32,000 nt of DNA from Candidatus Electrothrix yaqonensis (GTDB taxonomy: Bacteria; Desulfobacterota; Desulfobulbia; Desulfobulbales; Desulfobulbaceae), in the NCBI GenBank assembly GCA_047651235.1, contig CP178758.1, positions 1,710,001-1,742,000 of the forward strand. Direction: 5' to 3'. A model generated the notes under the pieces. That model was not told the origin of the DNA. It ran no database searches and was given only the letters and a program-made list of their open reading frames with translations. Shown here in pieces: positions 1 through 9,299 of the stretch; the first letter of the stretch is position 1; each line of letters opens with the position of its first letter. Made by a program: the position numbers and the translations under genes.

Positions 1-1181
1 CCCTCTGCCAGTCTGCCGTGGACCCCGGAAACAATATGCATAACATGGCTGTACTGCTCAACCACCAACAGATCACCAGTAGCTACTGAGCCGCCTGCCG
101 CCACCCGGCCCACATCATTACGCCCCAAGTCCACCAACATCAGATGCTCGGCCCGTTCTTTGGGATCCGCCAGTAGCTCCTCTTCCAGCTCCTTGTCCTC
201 CTGCGGGGTTGCGCCCCGCTTCCGGGTTCCGGCAATGGGCCGCAGCTCTATCTCGCCGTCTTCCAGACGCACCAGAATTTCCGGCGAGGAACCGATCAAA
301 ATGATATCGTCCAGACGCAGGTAGAACAGATAGGGACTGGGATTGATATGGCGCAGGGATCGGTAGAGGAGAAAGGGATCCAGCTCGGTTTTGGTCTGAA
401 AGCGTTGAGACAACACCACCTGAATGATATCACCGGCCAGAATGTATTCCTTGGCCCGCTCCACCATAGCGGAAAAGGTCGGCTCATCCATATTGGAGGT
501 GAAGGTGTGCGCCGGGCAGCCGCCCGCGTGTGCTGCCAACGAAGCAGGTAACGGCCCTCTGATCTGCTCGATAATTTTATTGATACGCCTGCAGCCGTCC
601 TCATAGAGCGCGGTGCTGTCCGCCCTGCCCTCTTCTTTGTCAGGCACAACATTACAAACCACGGTCAGGGTTTGATTGACCGAATCGTGGATCAGTACCA
701 GCCGGGGGACAATAAAGGAGGAATCCGGCATATCAAGGGGCGGATGCTGATCCGGCATTTTCTCGATAAAACGGATCATATCATAGCCGAGGAATCCGAC
801 AGCGCCGCCGTAGAAACGGGGCAGGCCCGGTGCGGTGCTGGCGTTGAAGGAGGTCAGCAGATCCCGCAGTGCCTGAAACGGATTCACGCCCTCCCGGACA
901 TCCTCAGTCTCAGCCTCAATCTTGGAACTGGCTCTTCGCAGAGTGACCGTGCTTCCGGCAGAAGAAAAAGACAGCAGCGGGTCCAGTCCGATAAAAGAAT
1001 ACCGACCCCACTTTTCCCCGCCTTCCATGGATTCAAACAGGAAGGCGTGCTCTTCCTTTTCTGCGACCTTGGCAAAAATGGTCAGCGGGGTGTCGAGGTC
1101 CGCGACAATCGTCCGATGCAGCGGAACAAGCCCGGCCTGCTCCAGCATCGCGGCAAATGCTTCCTGATCAGGAGAATACAT
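1..1181 (-). CDS. trpE: Anthranilate synthase component I (TrpE), first ~393 codons; 3' end lies beyond the left edge
   Basis: Hand translation of the minus strand from ATG 1181-1179 (GAGAGG upstream) stays open to position 1. It is therefore absent from the ORF track, which needs a stop in the window. Product: MYSPDQEAF...LVPLHRTIVADLDTPLTIFAKV...FLFESMEGGEKWGRYSFIGLDP...GGAVGFLGYD...ILAGDIIQVVLSQRF...NPSPYLFYLRL...LRPIAGTRKRG...ADPKERAEHLMLVDLGRNDVGRV. These are chorismate-binding/TrpE signature blocks. Confidence 0.9.
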   Translation of the reverse strand, partial: MYSPDQEAFAAMLEQAGLVPLHRTIVADLDTPLTIFAKVAEKEEHAFLFESMEGGEKWGRYSFIGLDPLLSFSSAGSTVTLRRASSKIEAETEDVREGVNPFQALRDLLTSFNASTAPGLPRFYGGAVGFLGYDMIRFIEKMPDQHPPLDMPDSSFIVPRLVLIHDSVNQTLTVVCNVVPDKEEGRADSTALYEDGCRRINKIIEQIRGPLPASLAAHAGGCPAHTFTSNMDEPTFSAMVERAKEYILAGDIIQVVLSQRFQTKTELDPFLLYRSLRHINPSPYLFYLRLDDIILIGSSPEILVRLEDGEIELRPIAGTRKRGATPQEDKELEEELLADPKERAEHLMLVDLGRNDVGRVAAGGSVATGDLLVVEQYSHVMHIVSGVHGRLAE

Positions 1182-1275
1182 GTTTATCCTCTCACAACAG
1201 TACAATCAAAGTATAACCAAAAGAACCCGCCTCACGTTCACGGCAATGCACATGGCAATGAACATGGACAGGAAA

Positions 1276-1309
1276 CAAAAAAAGCCACGGAAGACCAGCT
1301 TCCATGGCT
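1276..1309 (-). terminator. Rho-independent terminator downstream of rpsT
   Basis: On the minus strand GCCATGGAAG (1308-1299) pairs with CTTCCGTGGC (1293-1284). An 8-nt T-run follows (A-run 1276-1283 on plus), 56 nt after the rpsT stop. Confidence 0.7.
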
Positions 1310-1364
1310 CATAACTCTGCTTCGGCAGCCGGAGAATTCCCTGCGAATTCTCTGCGCAGACCGG

Positions 1365-1637
1365 TCAGCTGAGAGGCATCATGCGGTTAACCCGTAAAGT
1401 CAGCCTGGAGATTTTGCGGGACGCAGTCTTTTTGTGAATAGTCCCCTTACCTGCTGTCTTCTGGATAACGGGAATTGCTGCCTGCAATGCCTCCTGCGCC
1501 GCATCTTCGGCACCGGCCACCAATGCCTCTTCAACCCGGCGGACCGCAGTATGCATTCTTGATTTATTCATCCGATTCCGCATACGACGCACTTGAGACT
1601 GTCTGTGCCTCTTTAACGCTGATTTGTGATTAGCCAT
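1365..1637 (-). CDS. rpsT: 30S ribosomal protein S20
   Basis: 90-aa basic protein MANHKSALKRHRQSQVRRMRNRMNKSRMHTAVRRVEEAL...KGTIHKKTASRKISRL, the canonical S20 N-terminus and length. Confidence 0.95.
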   Translation of the reverse strand: MANHKSALKRHRQSQVRRMRNRMNKSRMHTAVRRVEEALVAGAEDAAQEALQAAIPVIQKTAGKGTIHKKTASRKISRLTLRVNRMMPLS

Positions 1638-1866
1638 ACAAACTCCTTGAACTGTCCTTAACTCATTAATCCTGATATATTATTCTGAACTGTTTCCCTG
1701 AGGACAGGTTATGTGCGGCAAAGTATGAAATAACTCTGCACAGCCTGATTACAACCTGATTATTTTGCATATACCGTATAGCGAAATAACGTGCTCCTGT
1801 CAACTGTATTTCCGGGAATATGCATTCTGCCCTGCCTTTTCTTTTCAATTTAATCCAGGCTGATTC

Positions 1867-3204
1867 TCAGCGAACAGCTTTTTTGAGATTCACCCCGATT
1901 GCTCCTGTAAAATCTGCCGAATCAACCAGCGCCCCGTCCAATCGCGCCTCGGTAAGGTCTGCTCCGGTAAAATCGGCAAGATATAAATCAGCCTTGCGCA
2001 AATCAGCCTTTTTCAGATTGGCCCCGGTCCATTTGGTCCCTTTCAGATTCGCTTGCCGTAAATCCGCCTCTTCCAGATCCGCCCCTTGGAGATCGGCCCG
2101 TTCCAGATCCGCTTTTTTCAGCTTTGCGCCCCGCAGGTCCGCTCCGGCCAAGTCGCAGGCCACACAGCGCTGTTCATCAAGCAGCTTATCAACCAGCGCC
2201 TGCTGTTTTTCCCTGCTCTGCTCCAGCGTTTCCGCAGTATAGGTGACGTTTCCCTCCACCTTCCCCTGCCTGCCCGCAGGTTCCTGAACTGCCTCTTTTT
2301 CTGATTCCGCAGCCTTGGGGATCTTCGGCCTCTCTGACCCGGTGCCGACCGATTTTTCCTCCAACTGGCCCTGCTGCGGCGCTGCGGTAAGTTCAGATTC
2401 ATCAGGTTCAGCCGCAGCCGGAATTACCGCCTCCTGAATGGCAGCAAGGTCTTTCGGGGCAACAGTGGTCGATTTCTTGTGCAGCAGTTCGTGAACAACT
2501 ATCGGCTGTTCCGATTTTTTTTCCTGTTGCCGGTCCGCCTCCGGGGAGGGCCGCATTGTCCGACCTGTCCGGACAGGTTTTTCGGAATCTGTGGAGCCTT
2601 CGGAACGTACCGTAGGGGCCGGAAAAAAAACCGGTTGAGCCTCAGTCGCATCTTTTACGGCTTTTTTCTGCACTCTCCGATCATCTGCCGGAGCTGCCGC
2701 ATGTGTCTGCCGTGAGGCTTGTGCCGGATGGTTTTTCCCGGTCGTTCCGCCGGATGTCTTATCTGACGGAACGACCGGTTCAGGTGCAGATTCAGGTATG
2801 TAGGGCTGCTCCTTGGGGATTTCGCTATCCAGCACAGCCTCCTGCAGATAGGCCCCTGCCAGCTGTGCCCCGGTCAGGTCCGCACCTCTGAGGTCGGCGC
2901 TGGCAAAATCCGCCCCGCCCAGTGCTGCTCCGCGCAGATTGGTATTCCGCAAATCCGCCCCGGAGCAGTCTGCCAGATGCAGCTTGGCTCCGGAAAGATC
3001 AGCTCCCTGCAGATCAGCGCCGCTCAAATCCATTCTGACCAGCACGGCACCGTGCAGATCACACAGAGGACATGCGTTCTCCCGGATCAGCCTGTTGACA
3101 TTCTTCTGAACCTTGGCTGCTGAAGAGCCGGAAGATTCCGCAGCAACGGCAGTGCAGCAGCACAGCAGGGCTCCGCAGACAAAGATGTTCGTCAGTTGTT
3201 TCAT
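1867..3204 (-). CDS. Secreted pentapeptide-repeat protein (two repeat blocks flanking a low-complexity P/E/K/A-rich centre)
   Basis: ORF 1867..3258. The preferred start is ATG 3204-3202 (AGGAAG RBS), giving signal peptide MKQLTNIFVCGALLCCCTAVAAE. A(D/N)LxG pentapeptide runs occur at both ends (ADLQGADLSGAKLHLADCSGADLRNTNLRGAALGGADF... and ...ADLRGAKLKKADLERADLQGADLEEADLRQANLKG...). Confidence 0.8.
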   Translation of the reverse strand: MKQLTNIFVCGALLCCCTAVAAESSGSSAAKVQKNVNRLIRENACPLCDLHGAVLVRMDLSGADLQGADLSGAKLHLADCSGADLRNTNLRGAALGGADFASADLRGADLTGAQLAGAYLQEAVLDSEIPKEQPYIPESAPEPVVPSDKTSGGTTGKNHPAQASRQTHAAAPADDRRVQKKAVKDATEAQPVFFPAPTVRSEGSTDSEKPVRTGRTMRPSPEADRQQEKKSEQPIVVHELLHKKSTTVAPKDLAAIQEAVIPAAAEPDESELTAAPQQGQLEEKSVGTGSERPKIPKAAESEKEAVQEPAGRQGKVEGNVTYTAETLEQSREKQQALVDKLLDEQRCVACDLAGADLRGAKLKKADLERADLQGADLEEADLRQANLKGTKWTGANLKKADLRKADLYLADFTGADLTEARLDGALVDSADFTGAIGVNLKKAVR

Positions 3205-3232
3205 GCTGTTCTTCCTGTGCCATTGCTCCTGA

Positions 3233-3712
3233 TCAACCGGCATCCTGCGGCCAGACAAGTTTCCGGTAAATCCAGCCGGTCAGTTCAGGGTGCTGAATCT
3301 TCAACCAGTCCCCTTCCCTATCCTGGATCTTCAAAATAACGTCGCGTACCGCCTTGCCCACTTTGTCGTAGTTTGTCCCGGGACCTGACCTGATATTACA
3401 CTCATCAACCGTGACAATGACATAAGGGGCTTTTGAAACAAGGCCTGCATAAATCCACCCCTTATCGCGTTCATAATCAGCAACCTTCAGCCACTTTTCT
3501 CTGCGTTTCAGAACCTTGAGCGGATATCCGGAAGGCAGCTCAAAAAGGACCTCATACTTGGTTCCCGGACCTGAACGGAGCCGCACACCATTCTTTTTCA
3601 CCGAGACAAAATCAGCCGCAGCAGCGGCTCCTGCATTAATATAGATCAGCGACAGCAATGCCCCTGAAAGAACGCAGAATCTCAGTAACTTCTTGAGAAC
3701 TCGGTATTGCAT
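3233..3712 (-). CDS. Secreted protein with two bacterial SH3 (SH3b/SH3_3) domains
   Basis: ORF 3233..3775. The likely start is ATG 3712-3710 (GAGGAG RBS), giving MQYRVLKKLLRFCVLSGALLSLIYINAGAAAAA as signal. Two blocks of the type V(R/N)(L/I)RSGPGT(K/N)Y...W(L)K(V/I)...GWIY are present. Confidence 0.75.
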   Translation of the reverse strand: MQYRVLKKLLRFCVLSGALLSLIYINAGAAAAADFVSVKKNGVRLRSGPGTKYEVLFELPSGYPLKVLKRREKWLKVADYERDKGWIYAGLVSKAPYVIVTVDECNIRSGPGTNYDKVGKAVRDVILKIQDREGDWLKIQHPELTGWIYRKLVWPQDAG

Positions 3713-3790
3713 AGCATTCTCCTCGGTCAAAATTCTCTTCTTATATTTCCTGAATATTCTCTGCATCATGATCATACAATGCAGTTCACG

Positions 3791-4546
3791 TCACGTTGTC
3801 ACGTTAAAGTCAGACGTTGAAGTCAGATACAGTAAAAATTCCTGATTGCCCCCGGCCCCGCAGACTGGCGAAGGGATTTCCCCTGTGCAGATCAATCCGA
3901 GTTCGCGGGCAGCCTGTCTGATCACGCTGACCGCCTCTTCATGCAGATGCCGCTCCCGGACAATACCTCCTGCACCGACTTTGTCTCCGGCAAGCTCAAA
4001 CTGCGGTTTCACCAAAGCCAGGATCCGGACCGCAGGCCCGAACAGAGGGACAAGCGGGGCAAGCAGCCGGCGCAGCGAGATAAAGGAGGCGTCCATCACG
4101 GCAAAATCCAGCGGTTCAGGAATATGCTGCGCTGTCAGATAGCGGGCATTGGTCCGTTCAAGCAGGACAACCCGCTCATCCTGCCGCAGTTTCCAGGCCA
4201 GCAGACCATACCCGACATCCACGCTGTAGACCCGCGCCGCTCCCCGCTGCAGCAGGCAGTCGGTGAAGCCGCCGGTTGAGCAGCCGATATCGGCACAGAC
4301 CCAGCCGCCCGGATTAATAGTCAGCCCGTCCAGCCCGCCTGCGAGTTTTTCTCCGCCGCGACTGACGTAGGGGGATTTCTGTTTTACCCTGATGTCGCTG
4401 TCCTGAGCAACAAGACTGCCTGCCTTGTAATCAGACCGGGTGTTGACAAGCACCTGACCGGCCCCGATCAGGGCCCGCGCTTTGACAAGATCCTCCGCAA
4501 AATTCCGTTCTGTCAGCAGCTGATCCAGACGTTTCTTCAACAGCAC
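3791..4546 (-). CDS. tlyA: TlyA-family rRNA 2'-O-methyltransferase (S4 domain + FtsJ-like MTase)
   Basis: 251 aa with a GTG start preceded by AGGAA. RLDQLLTERNFAEDLVKARALIGAGQVLVN is S4-like. YVSRGGEKLAGGLD...DIGCSTGGFTDCLLQRGAARVYSVDVGYGLLAWKLRQDERV is the SAM-binding MTase core. Confidence 0.85.
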   Translation of the reverse strand: MLLKKRLDQLLTERNFAEDLVKARALIGAGQVLVNTRSDYKAGSLVAQDSDIRVKQKSPYVSRGGEKLAGGLDGLTINPGGWVCADIGCSTGGFTDCLLQRGAARVYSVDVGYGLLAWKLRQDERVVLLERTNARYLTAQHIPEPLDFAVMDASFISLRRLLAPLVPLFGPAVRILALVKPQFELAGDKVGAGGIVRERHLHEEAVSVIRQAARELGLICTGEIPSPVCGAGGNQEFLLYLTSTSDFNVTT

Positions 4547-4579
4547 CCCATCATTCCTGAGGACTCTGAGAATCTTCCT

Positions 4580-5818
4580 TTAAAGATTTTCCATGCGCTG
4601 GCGGGCGACCCCGGCCTCCCGGCTGTTCGGGTAATCGGCAACCAGTTTTGCATAGATAATCTTGGCCGTCTCATGATCCGTCAGTTTTTCAAACGACATG
4701 CCCTGACGCAGCAGGGCTGCGGAACTGTGCGGATTGCTGCTGTAGTTGGAAATCACCTTCTGGTAGTCAAGGATCGCCAGATCATACTCGCCCATATTGA
4801 ACAGGCACTCGCCCATAAAGTACAACGTCTTGGCCGACTGATCATCACCGGGATGCCCGGCAATGACCTGCTCAAACGTTTTGTAGGCAGCCTTATAGTC
4901 TTTTGCCTTGAACTGTGACATCCCATGCGTAAACAGCCCTGCATCCGCATCAGCCGTCATGGATTCAGATTCCTGCTGATGAACAGGAGGAGATTGAGGA
5001 GGTTCAGGAACCGGCCTCTGCATCTCCTGCTGCTCTGCGGCATTGACAACAGCAGGCCGTTTCTCCTGCTGAGGCACCGGCTGTTTATGATGCTGCGGAC
5101 GGACCGCATTGATAACAGGCTGATTAATTCTGACCTGGGTCTGCGGCGGTTCGGAGCTGATGACTTCTCCGTAATTTTTCCGCACCTTTCTGTTTGACGG
5201 GAGCAATGTTGTATTGCTTGGCGGAGCGCTCGGAGCAGGAGCCTGAGCCTGAGAACTGGCGGCAAGAGCGGCCTTTCTTCTGGCCTGTTCAGCCCGCCGC
5301 GCCGCTTCCCGAGCTTTTTGCTCCGCTGCCTGCACCTTAACCCGACTCAGACGGTGCATATTGCCGGATAACCGATCGAGCTTTGCCTCCAGAGAGCGGA
5401 TGAGTCGCTCATTCTCTCTGCGGAGCTGATCGCTTTTCTGGCGAAGCTCGCTGCTTTCCGAACGAATCTGCTGACTTTCCAGACGGATCTGCTGGTTTTC
5501 CTGGCGCAGATGCTGCAGCGTTGTCTCCAGCTCCTGGATCTTGCCGGCATCCTCCTCCCTCATCCGGTTGATTGCTTCCAGGTTTTCCTGAGTGATATTC
5601 CGTAGCTCACGGGTTTCCTCGGCCACGGAATCCAACTGATTGGAGGACTCGGCTGTCCGTTTCAGTACTTGGTTGTTTGTATTGGACTCAACCTCCTTCA
5701 CCTTCTGGTTCATTGAACGAAGCTGATAGTTAAGCCGCCGGACATCCTGCACCGTGGCGCATTGACAGAGCAGGAGAACCGAGCAGCCTGCAAGCGCGAT
5801 ATTTTTTATATATTTCAT
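4580..5818 (-). CDS. cpoB: Tol-Pal system protein CpoB/YbgF-like, with lipoprotein signal, long coiled coil, Q/P-rich linker and C-terminal TPR
   Basis: The N-terminus MKYIKNIALAGC carries a LAGC lipobox. A heptad-rich region follows (QIRLESQQIRSESSELRQKSDQLRRENERL). The C-terminus FKAKDYKAAYKTFEQVIAGHPGDDQSAKTLYFMGECLFNMGEYDLAILDYQKVISNYSSNPHSSAALLRQGMSFEKL...YAKLVADYPNS matches the YbgF TPR module. It lies immediately downstream of tolB. Confidence 0.75.
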   Translation of the reverse strand: MKYIKNIALAGCSVLLLCQCATVQDVRRLNYQLRSMNQKVKEVESNTNNQVLKRTAESSNQLDSVAEETRELRNITQENLEAINRMREEDAGKIQELETTLQHLRQENQQIRLESQQIRSESSELRQKSDQLRRENERLIRSLEAKLDRLSGNMHRLSRVKVQAAEQKAREAARRAEQARRKAALAASSQAQAPAPSAPPSNTTLLPSNRKVRKNYGEVISSEPPQTQVRINQPVINAVRPQHHKQPVPQQEKRPAVVNAAEQQEMQRPVPEPPQSPPVHQQESESMTADADAGLFTHGMSQFKAKDYKAAYKTFEQVIAGHPGDDQSAKTLYFMGECLFNMGEYDLAILDYQKVISNYSSNPHSSAALLRQGMSFEKLTDHETAKIIYAKLVADYPNSREAGVARQRMENL

Positions 5819-5940
5819 CTGGATTCCTTTACTTCGTTACATCTGAGGCTGCATGAAAACGTTGTTCCGTCCCTGTTCCTTTACGTTTCTTTATATTTTC
5901 ATATTACAAACTTCTTGTCTTCTGCGGTCCCGCCTTGCCT

Positions 5941-7257
5941 TTAGCGGAAGCGCGGCGACCAGCGCGGATATGACTGATTCCCATCAAGCGTAAACAGCGA
6001 GCGCATTCCCTCCCCGTTGGCAAAGGCAGCACAGAGCTTCATCCTGCCGTTTTTTTTCAGGACAAAGGCAATCTGTTTACCGTCCGGAGACCATGTCGGC
6101 GACTCATAACTGCCGGGACCGGACGTTATCCGGGTAGCTGAACCGCCTCTTACCGGCACTGTAAAAATATGATACTCTCCATTGCCGACAAGACGGGTAT
6201 AGGCGATTTTGTCCCCTCTGGGCGACCATGATGGTTCAACATTTTCCTTGCCCTGTAAAGTCAGGCGCTGTACCTGCAGCGTATCTATCCGCATAATATA
6301 GACCTGCGGACTGCCGCTGCGGTCGGAAACAAAGCAGATGGCCCTGCCGTCCGGGGAAAAAGACGGGGACACGTTAATTCCTGCCTTTCTGGTCAGCTGC
6401 TTGAGGATCTTTCCTTCCATATCGATCAGATACAGGTCAGGATTGCCGCCCCTGCTGAGGGTGACAACAGCAGCACGACTGTCCGGTGTAAAAGCCGGGG
6501 CAAGATTCATCCCCCTGCGTCTGGACATGGTACGGGTCCTACTGTTCTGGTCAAGCTCCGTAATGTACAGATCCTGATTTCCCCGATGATAGGAGGAATA
6601 GGCAAGCTGCAGCCCGTCCGGCGTGAAACGCGGCGAGACACAGAGATGCCGATGACGGGTGATCTGGCGGACATGACGGCCGAGCACATCTGCCAGATAT
6701 ATTTCCTTGCGTCCGGTCGCATCAGACACAAAGGCGATCGCACTTCTGGAAACGCCCGGTTCGCCGGTAAATTCTTCAATCATGGCGTCAGTCAGACGCA
6801 GGGTCATATCTTCCTGTCCGGCAGACATTCCCTTGTAATTTTTTGTTGCCAGCACAGTACCGGCCATGACATCAAACAGGCTCCCGGCAACGGCCATCCG
6901 GTCACCGTTGGCCAGAAAACTTCCCTGAACCACGTAATCCGCACCGAGCGCGCGCCAGTCAGGCTTCGGCTGTCCTGCGTAACGGAGAGGATCGAGAATT
7001 TGCACAAAACCGTGAAAGCGCAGACCGTCGGTCATCAGCTGGGCAAGTTTCTGGCCGGTCTCCGTATTCCGGTTCCCTGAACCGTCGGCAAAAGGAGGCA
7101 CTGCAACCACAAGTTTGCGGCTGCCAGAGTCAAGGATATCAAGATAAATCCGTTCAGCCGCCTGTTCAGCCGCCGTCCGGGAGGGGAACAGCAGCAGACA
7201 CACTGCAGCGCAGCACAGAAACGTCTGATAGCGGAGCACACGTTGAAAAAAAATCAT
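5941..7257 (-). CDS. tolB: Tol-Pal system beta-propeller protein TolB
   Basis: 438 aa with a signal peptide and an N-terminal TolB domain. Repeated propeller blades are visible (PRFTPDGLQLAYSS, PAFTPDSRAAVVTLS..GNPDLYLIDM, PSFSPDGRAICFVSDRSGSPQVYIM, PSWSPRGDKIAYT, PTWSPDGKQIAFV). It sits between tolA and cpoB. Confidence 0.9.
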   Translation of the reverse strand: MIFFQRVLRYQTFLCCAAVCLLLFPSRTAAEQAAERIYLDILDSGSRKLVVAVPPFADGSGNRNTETGQKLAQLMTDGLRFHGFVQILDPLRYAGQPKPDWRALGADYVVQGSFLANGDRMAVAGSLFDVMAGTVLATKNYKGMSAGQEDMTLRLTDAMIEEFTGEPGVSRSAIAFVSDATGRKEIYLADVLGRHVRQITRHRHLCVSPRFTPDGLQLAYSSYHRGNQDLYITELDQNSRTRTMSRRRGMNLAPAFTPDSRAAVVTLSRGGNPDLYLIDMEGKILKQLTRKAGINVSPSFSPDGRAICFVSDRSGSPQVYIMRIDTLQVQRLTLQGKENVEPSWSPRGDKIAYTRLVGNGEYHIFTVPVRGGSATRITSGPGSYESPTWSPDGKQIAFVLKKNGRMKLCAAFANGEGMRSLFTLDGNQSYPRWSPRFR

Positions 7258-7377
7258 TGCATCTCACAAAAAAAAAGTTGGCAGCAGACAACCGGACAAC
7301 AGCTCCTGTCTGACAAGGCATCCGGAAATATTCCGGTACCCAAGATGAAGCAGCTTGGAGTGGATCAGATCACCCCA

Positions 7378-8787
7378 TCAGTTCACTCCCCTTGGGGTGA
7401 AATTCAGCACAAATTCCAAGGTAGCCCTGTTGATAAGCGCAGGAAAACTCGGCATCGGCGCTGAGTTTCGCAGAGCTTTTATCACGGACTGATCAAAAAA
7501 GCTGTCCCCGGATTTTCGCTCAATCCGCATGTTTTCTATGGAACCGTCCCGACGGACAGTCAGTGCAATAATTGTACTGAGATTCGGTCTTGTTTTAACG
7601 ATTTCAGGCAGCTGCCAGTGACTGCTTATTCTTTCGCGCAAAAATATACCGTACTGTCTGAGTGCTGCAGGGTTGGTTCCTCCGCCGGAGCTGCCTGCAC
7701 CTCCATAGCCGCGGGAATATCCTGTGCCGGAACCGCCACTGCCTCCGCCGCCCGGCCCGAAGCCGGAACCGCCGGTGGACAGCGGAGCGTTGATATCTGC
7801 AACAGCCTCCGAGACCAAGGCAAGCTCCCGTCTGGCCCGTTCAGCCTCAAGCCTAGCCTGTTCAGCCTGCTGTTCCAGACGCCTAGCCTCGGCAATTCTC
7901 TGCTTTTTCAGCTGCTCGGCCCGTCTTCTTTCTTCCGCCAGCTTTTGTTGCCGTTCCTGTTCGTTCCGCTTTCTCTCAGCTTCGGCCAATTCTTTCCGCC
8001 GCTCCTGCGCTTCCCGCCTTCTCTCGGCTTCAGCCAGTTTCTGCCGCCGTTCCTGTTCTTCCCGCTTTTTCTCGGCCTCGGCCAGTGTTCTCTGCCGTTC
8101 CTGTTTTTCCCGTCTTTTCTCGGCTTCAGTCAATTCTTGCCGCTGTTTCTGTTCAGCCAGCTCCTTTTTACGCAGTACTTCTGCTTCGGCCTGTTTTTCC
8201 TGCTCTTTCACTTCAGCCAGCCGGGTGTCTTCGGCCAGCTTCTTCTTCCGGTATACAGGCCGGAGTGAAATCGGGCGCGCCTCTACAGCGGGTGCCTCTG
8301 TGACAGATTCAACAACCGGTTCAGCCGATGCGGAAGAAACAATCGGTTCCGCTTCCGGCGGCACAGCAGGCAAAGGCTCTGCTTCCGGTACTGCCTCTGC
8401 GTTCATCTCCAACACCGGCTCCGGTCCGCTTTCAGCGGCAACAGGTTCCGGTTCTGCCGCCTGTACAGCAGCCTGTTCCGGAAGCTCCTGCATCTCCATT
8501 TTCTGCACCTGCACCTGTTCATCGCTGTTTTGAGCAGGTCGTTCCAGCGACCCTTCCGGCCCTCCCACAGCTGCCATCCCCAGATCTGATGACGGCAGGG
8601 CAAGCAGATCCACAGTAATTACCTCGTCCGGACTGATCCTGTCCCTGACATCCGGCAGGAACACAGCACTGACAACAACGACACAGTGCAGGATAAGGGC
8701 CAAGTTCAACGGTATTATCCAATTCGGCATTTTTTCCCGCTGTTCCAGGAAAGTCTGCCACGTATCGCTGCAGTACGCCCTATTCAT
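7378..8787 (-). CDS. tolA: TolA (TonB_C-type C-terminal domain, single N-terminal TM, long K/E/R/A/Q helical region, Gly-rich linker)
   Basis: The TM segment is WIIPLNLALILHCVVVVSAVFL. The central region has LAEAE(K/R)(K/R)RE.QER repeats. The C-terminus ...IALTVRRDGSIENMRIERKSGDSFFDQSVIKALRNSAPMPSFP is TonB/TolA-III-like. It lies between tolR and tolB. The start is ambiguous: 8787 or ATG 8730. Confidence 0.75.
   Translation of the reverse strand: MNRAYCSDTWQTFLEQREKMPNWIIPLNLALILHCVVVVSAVFLPDVRDRISPDEVITVDLLALPSSDLGMAAVGGPEGSLERPAQNSDEQVQVQKMEMQELPEQAAVQAAEPEPVAAESGPEPVLEMNAEAVPEAEPLPAVPPEAEPIVSSASAEPVVESVTEAPAVEARPISLRPVYRKKKLAEDTRLAEVKEQEKQAEAEVLRKKELAEQKQRQELTEAEKRREKQERQRTLAEAEKKREEQERRQKLAEAERRREAQERRKELAEAERKRNEQERQQKLAEERRRAEQLKKQRIAEARRLEQQAEQARLEAERARRELALVSEAVADINAPLSTGGSGFGPGGGGSGGSGTGYSRGYGGAGSSGGGTNPAALRQYGIFLRERISSHWQLPEIVKTRPNLSTIIALTVRRDGSIENMRIERKSGDSFFDQSVIKALRNSAPMPSFPALINRATLEFVLNFTPRGVN
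7927..8166 (-). repeat. About 5 tandem 48-bp units inside tolA, encoding 16-aa K/E/R/A/Q repeats
   Basis: CTCGGC/CTCAGC-initiated units start at 7975, 8023, 8071 and 8119, exactly 48 nt apart. A more diverged unit occupies 7927-7974. Confidence 0.8.
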
Positions 8788-8817
8788 TTTTTCCGCACCG
8801 CCTGTTGAGGACCAGAC

Positions 8818-9243
8818 CTACTCTTTCTCCCTGTCCTCCGGCAAAGTTACCATGCCTAATTTTTCAAAACCGGCCTGTTTTATCGCTGCCATCACCCGGG
8901 CTACCACGCCATACGGCACATTCTTATCCGCCTGCAGATAGACCGGTTCCTGTTTTTTCTCCGGCGGCAGTTTTTCCAGCTCCTGCCGCATCATCAGCAG
9001 AGGTACTGTAACGTCACCAAGGTGTACCTCACCTGCTGCATCAACCTGCACAACCAGCGGCTTCTCCTGCTGGCGCAGGGCCCTGGACGTGGTTTTCGGC
9101 AGGTCAACATCTATCCCCTGAGTCATCATGGGAGCAGTGACCATAAAAATAATCAGCAGCACCAGCATGACATCCACAAGCGGTGTTACATTGATTTCCG
9201 CCACCATTCCCCTGCGGCCTTTTTTTCCTGCTGAAGCACCCAT
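8818..9243 (-). CDS. tolR: TolR (ExbD/TolR family biopolymer transport protein)
   Basis: 141 aa. MVAEINVTPLVDVMLVLLIIFMVTAPMMTQGIDVDLP is the ExbD/TolR TM signature. It lies between tolQ and tolA. Confidence 0.9.
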   Translation of the reverse strand: MGASAGKKGRRGMVAEINVTPLVDVMLVLLIIFMVTAPMMTQGIDVDLPKTTSRALRQQEKPLVVQVDAAGEVHLGDVTVPLLMMRQELEKLPPEKKQEPVYLQADKNVPYGVVARVMAAIKQAGFEKLGMVTLPEDREKE

Positions 9244-9299
9244 TTACTCTGTTGTCCGATTGTCCCCGGTCAGCTCAAAAAAAACTTCTCTGTCCCGCA

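Noticed and set aside
672-1397. 241-aa plus-strand ORF (TTG start), plus smaller ORFs at 296-652, 348-551, 884-1075 and 922-1167
   Set aside because: These lie antisense to, or out of frame with, the strongly supported trpE reading frame. Their composition is Arg/Gly/Gln-rich nonsense with no RBS. They are shadow ORFs of a GC-rich gene.
1820-2891. Several plus-strand ORFs (1820-2242, 2086-2304, 2479-2715, 2703-2891) and a minus-strand ORF at 2118-2402
   Set aside because: They sit opposite, or out of frame to, the pentapeptide-repeat gene. Their periodic SA/RS-rich sequences are simply the reverse-complement reading of the A(D/N)LxG repeats.
7618-8618. Long plus-strand ORFs (216 aa, 269 aa, 72 aa, 96 aa) rich in S/F/L/C/P
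   Set aside because: They are antisense to the low-complexity K/E/R/A region of tolA. The repeat-driven absence of stops explains them. They have no start context or domain-like sequence.
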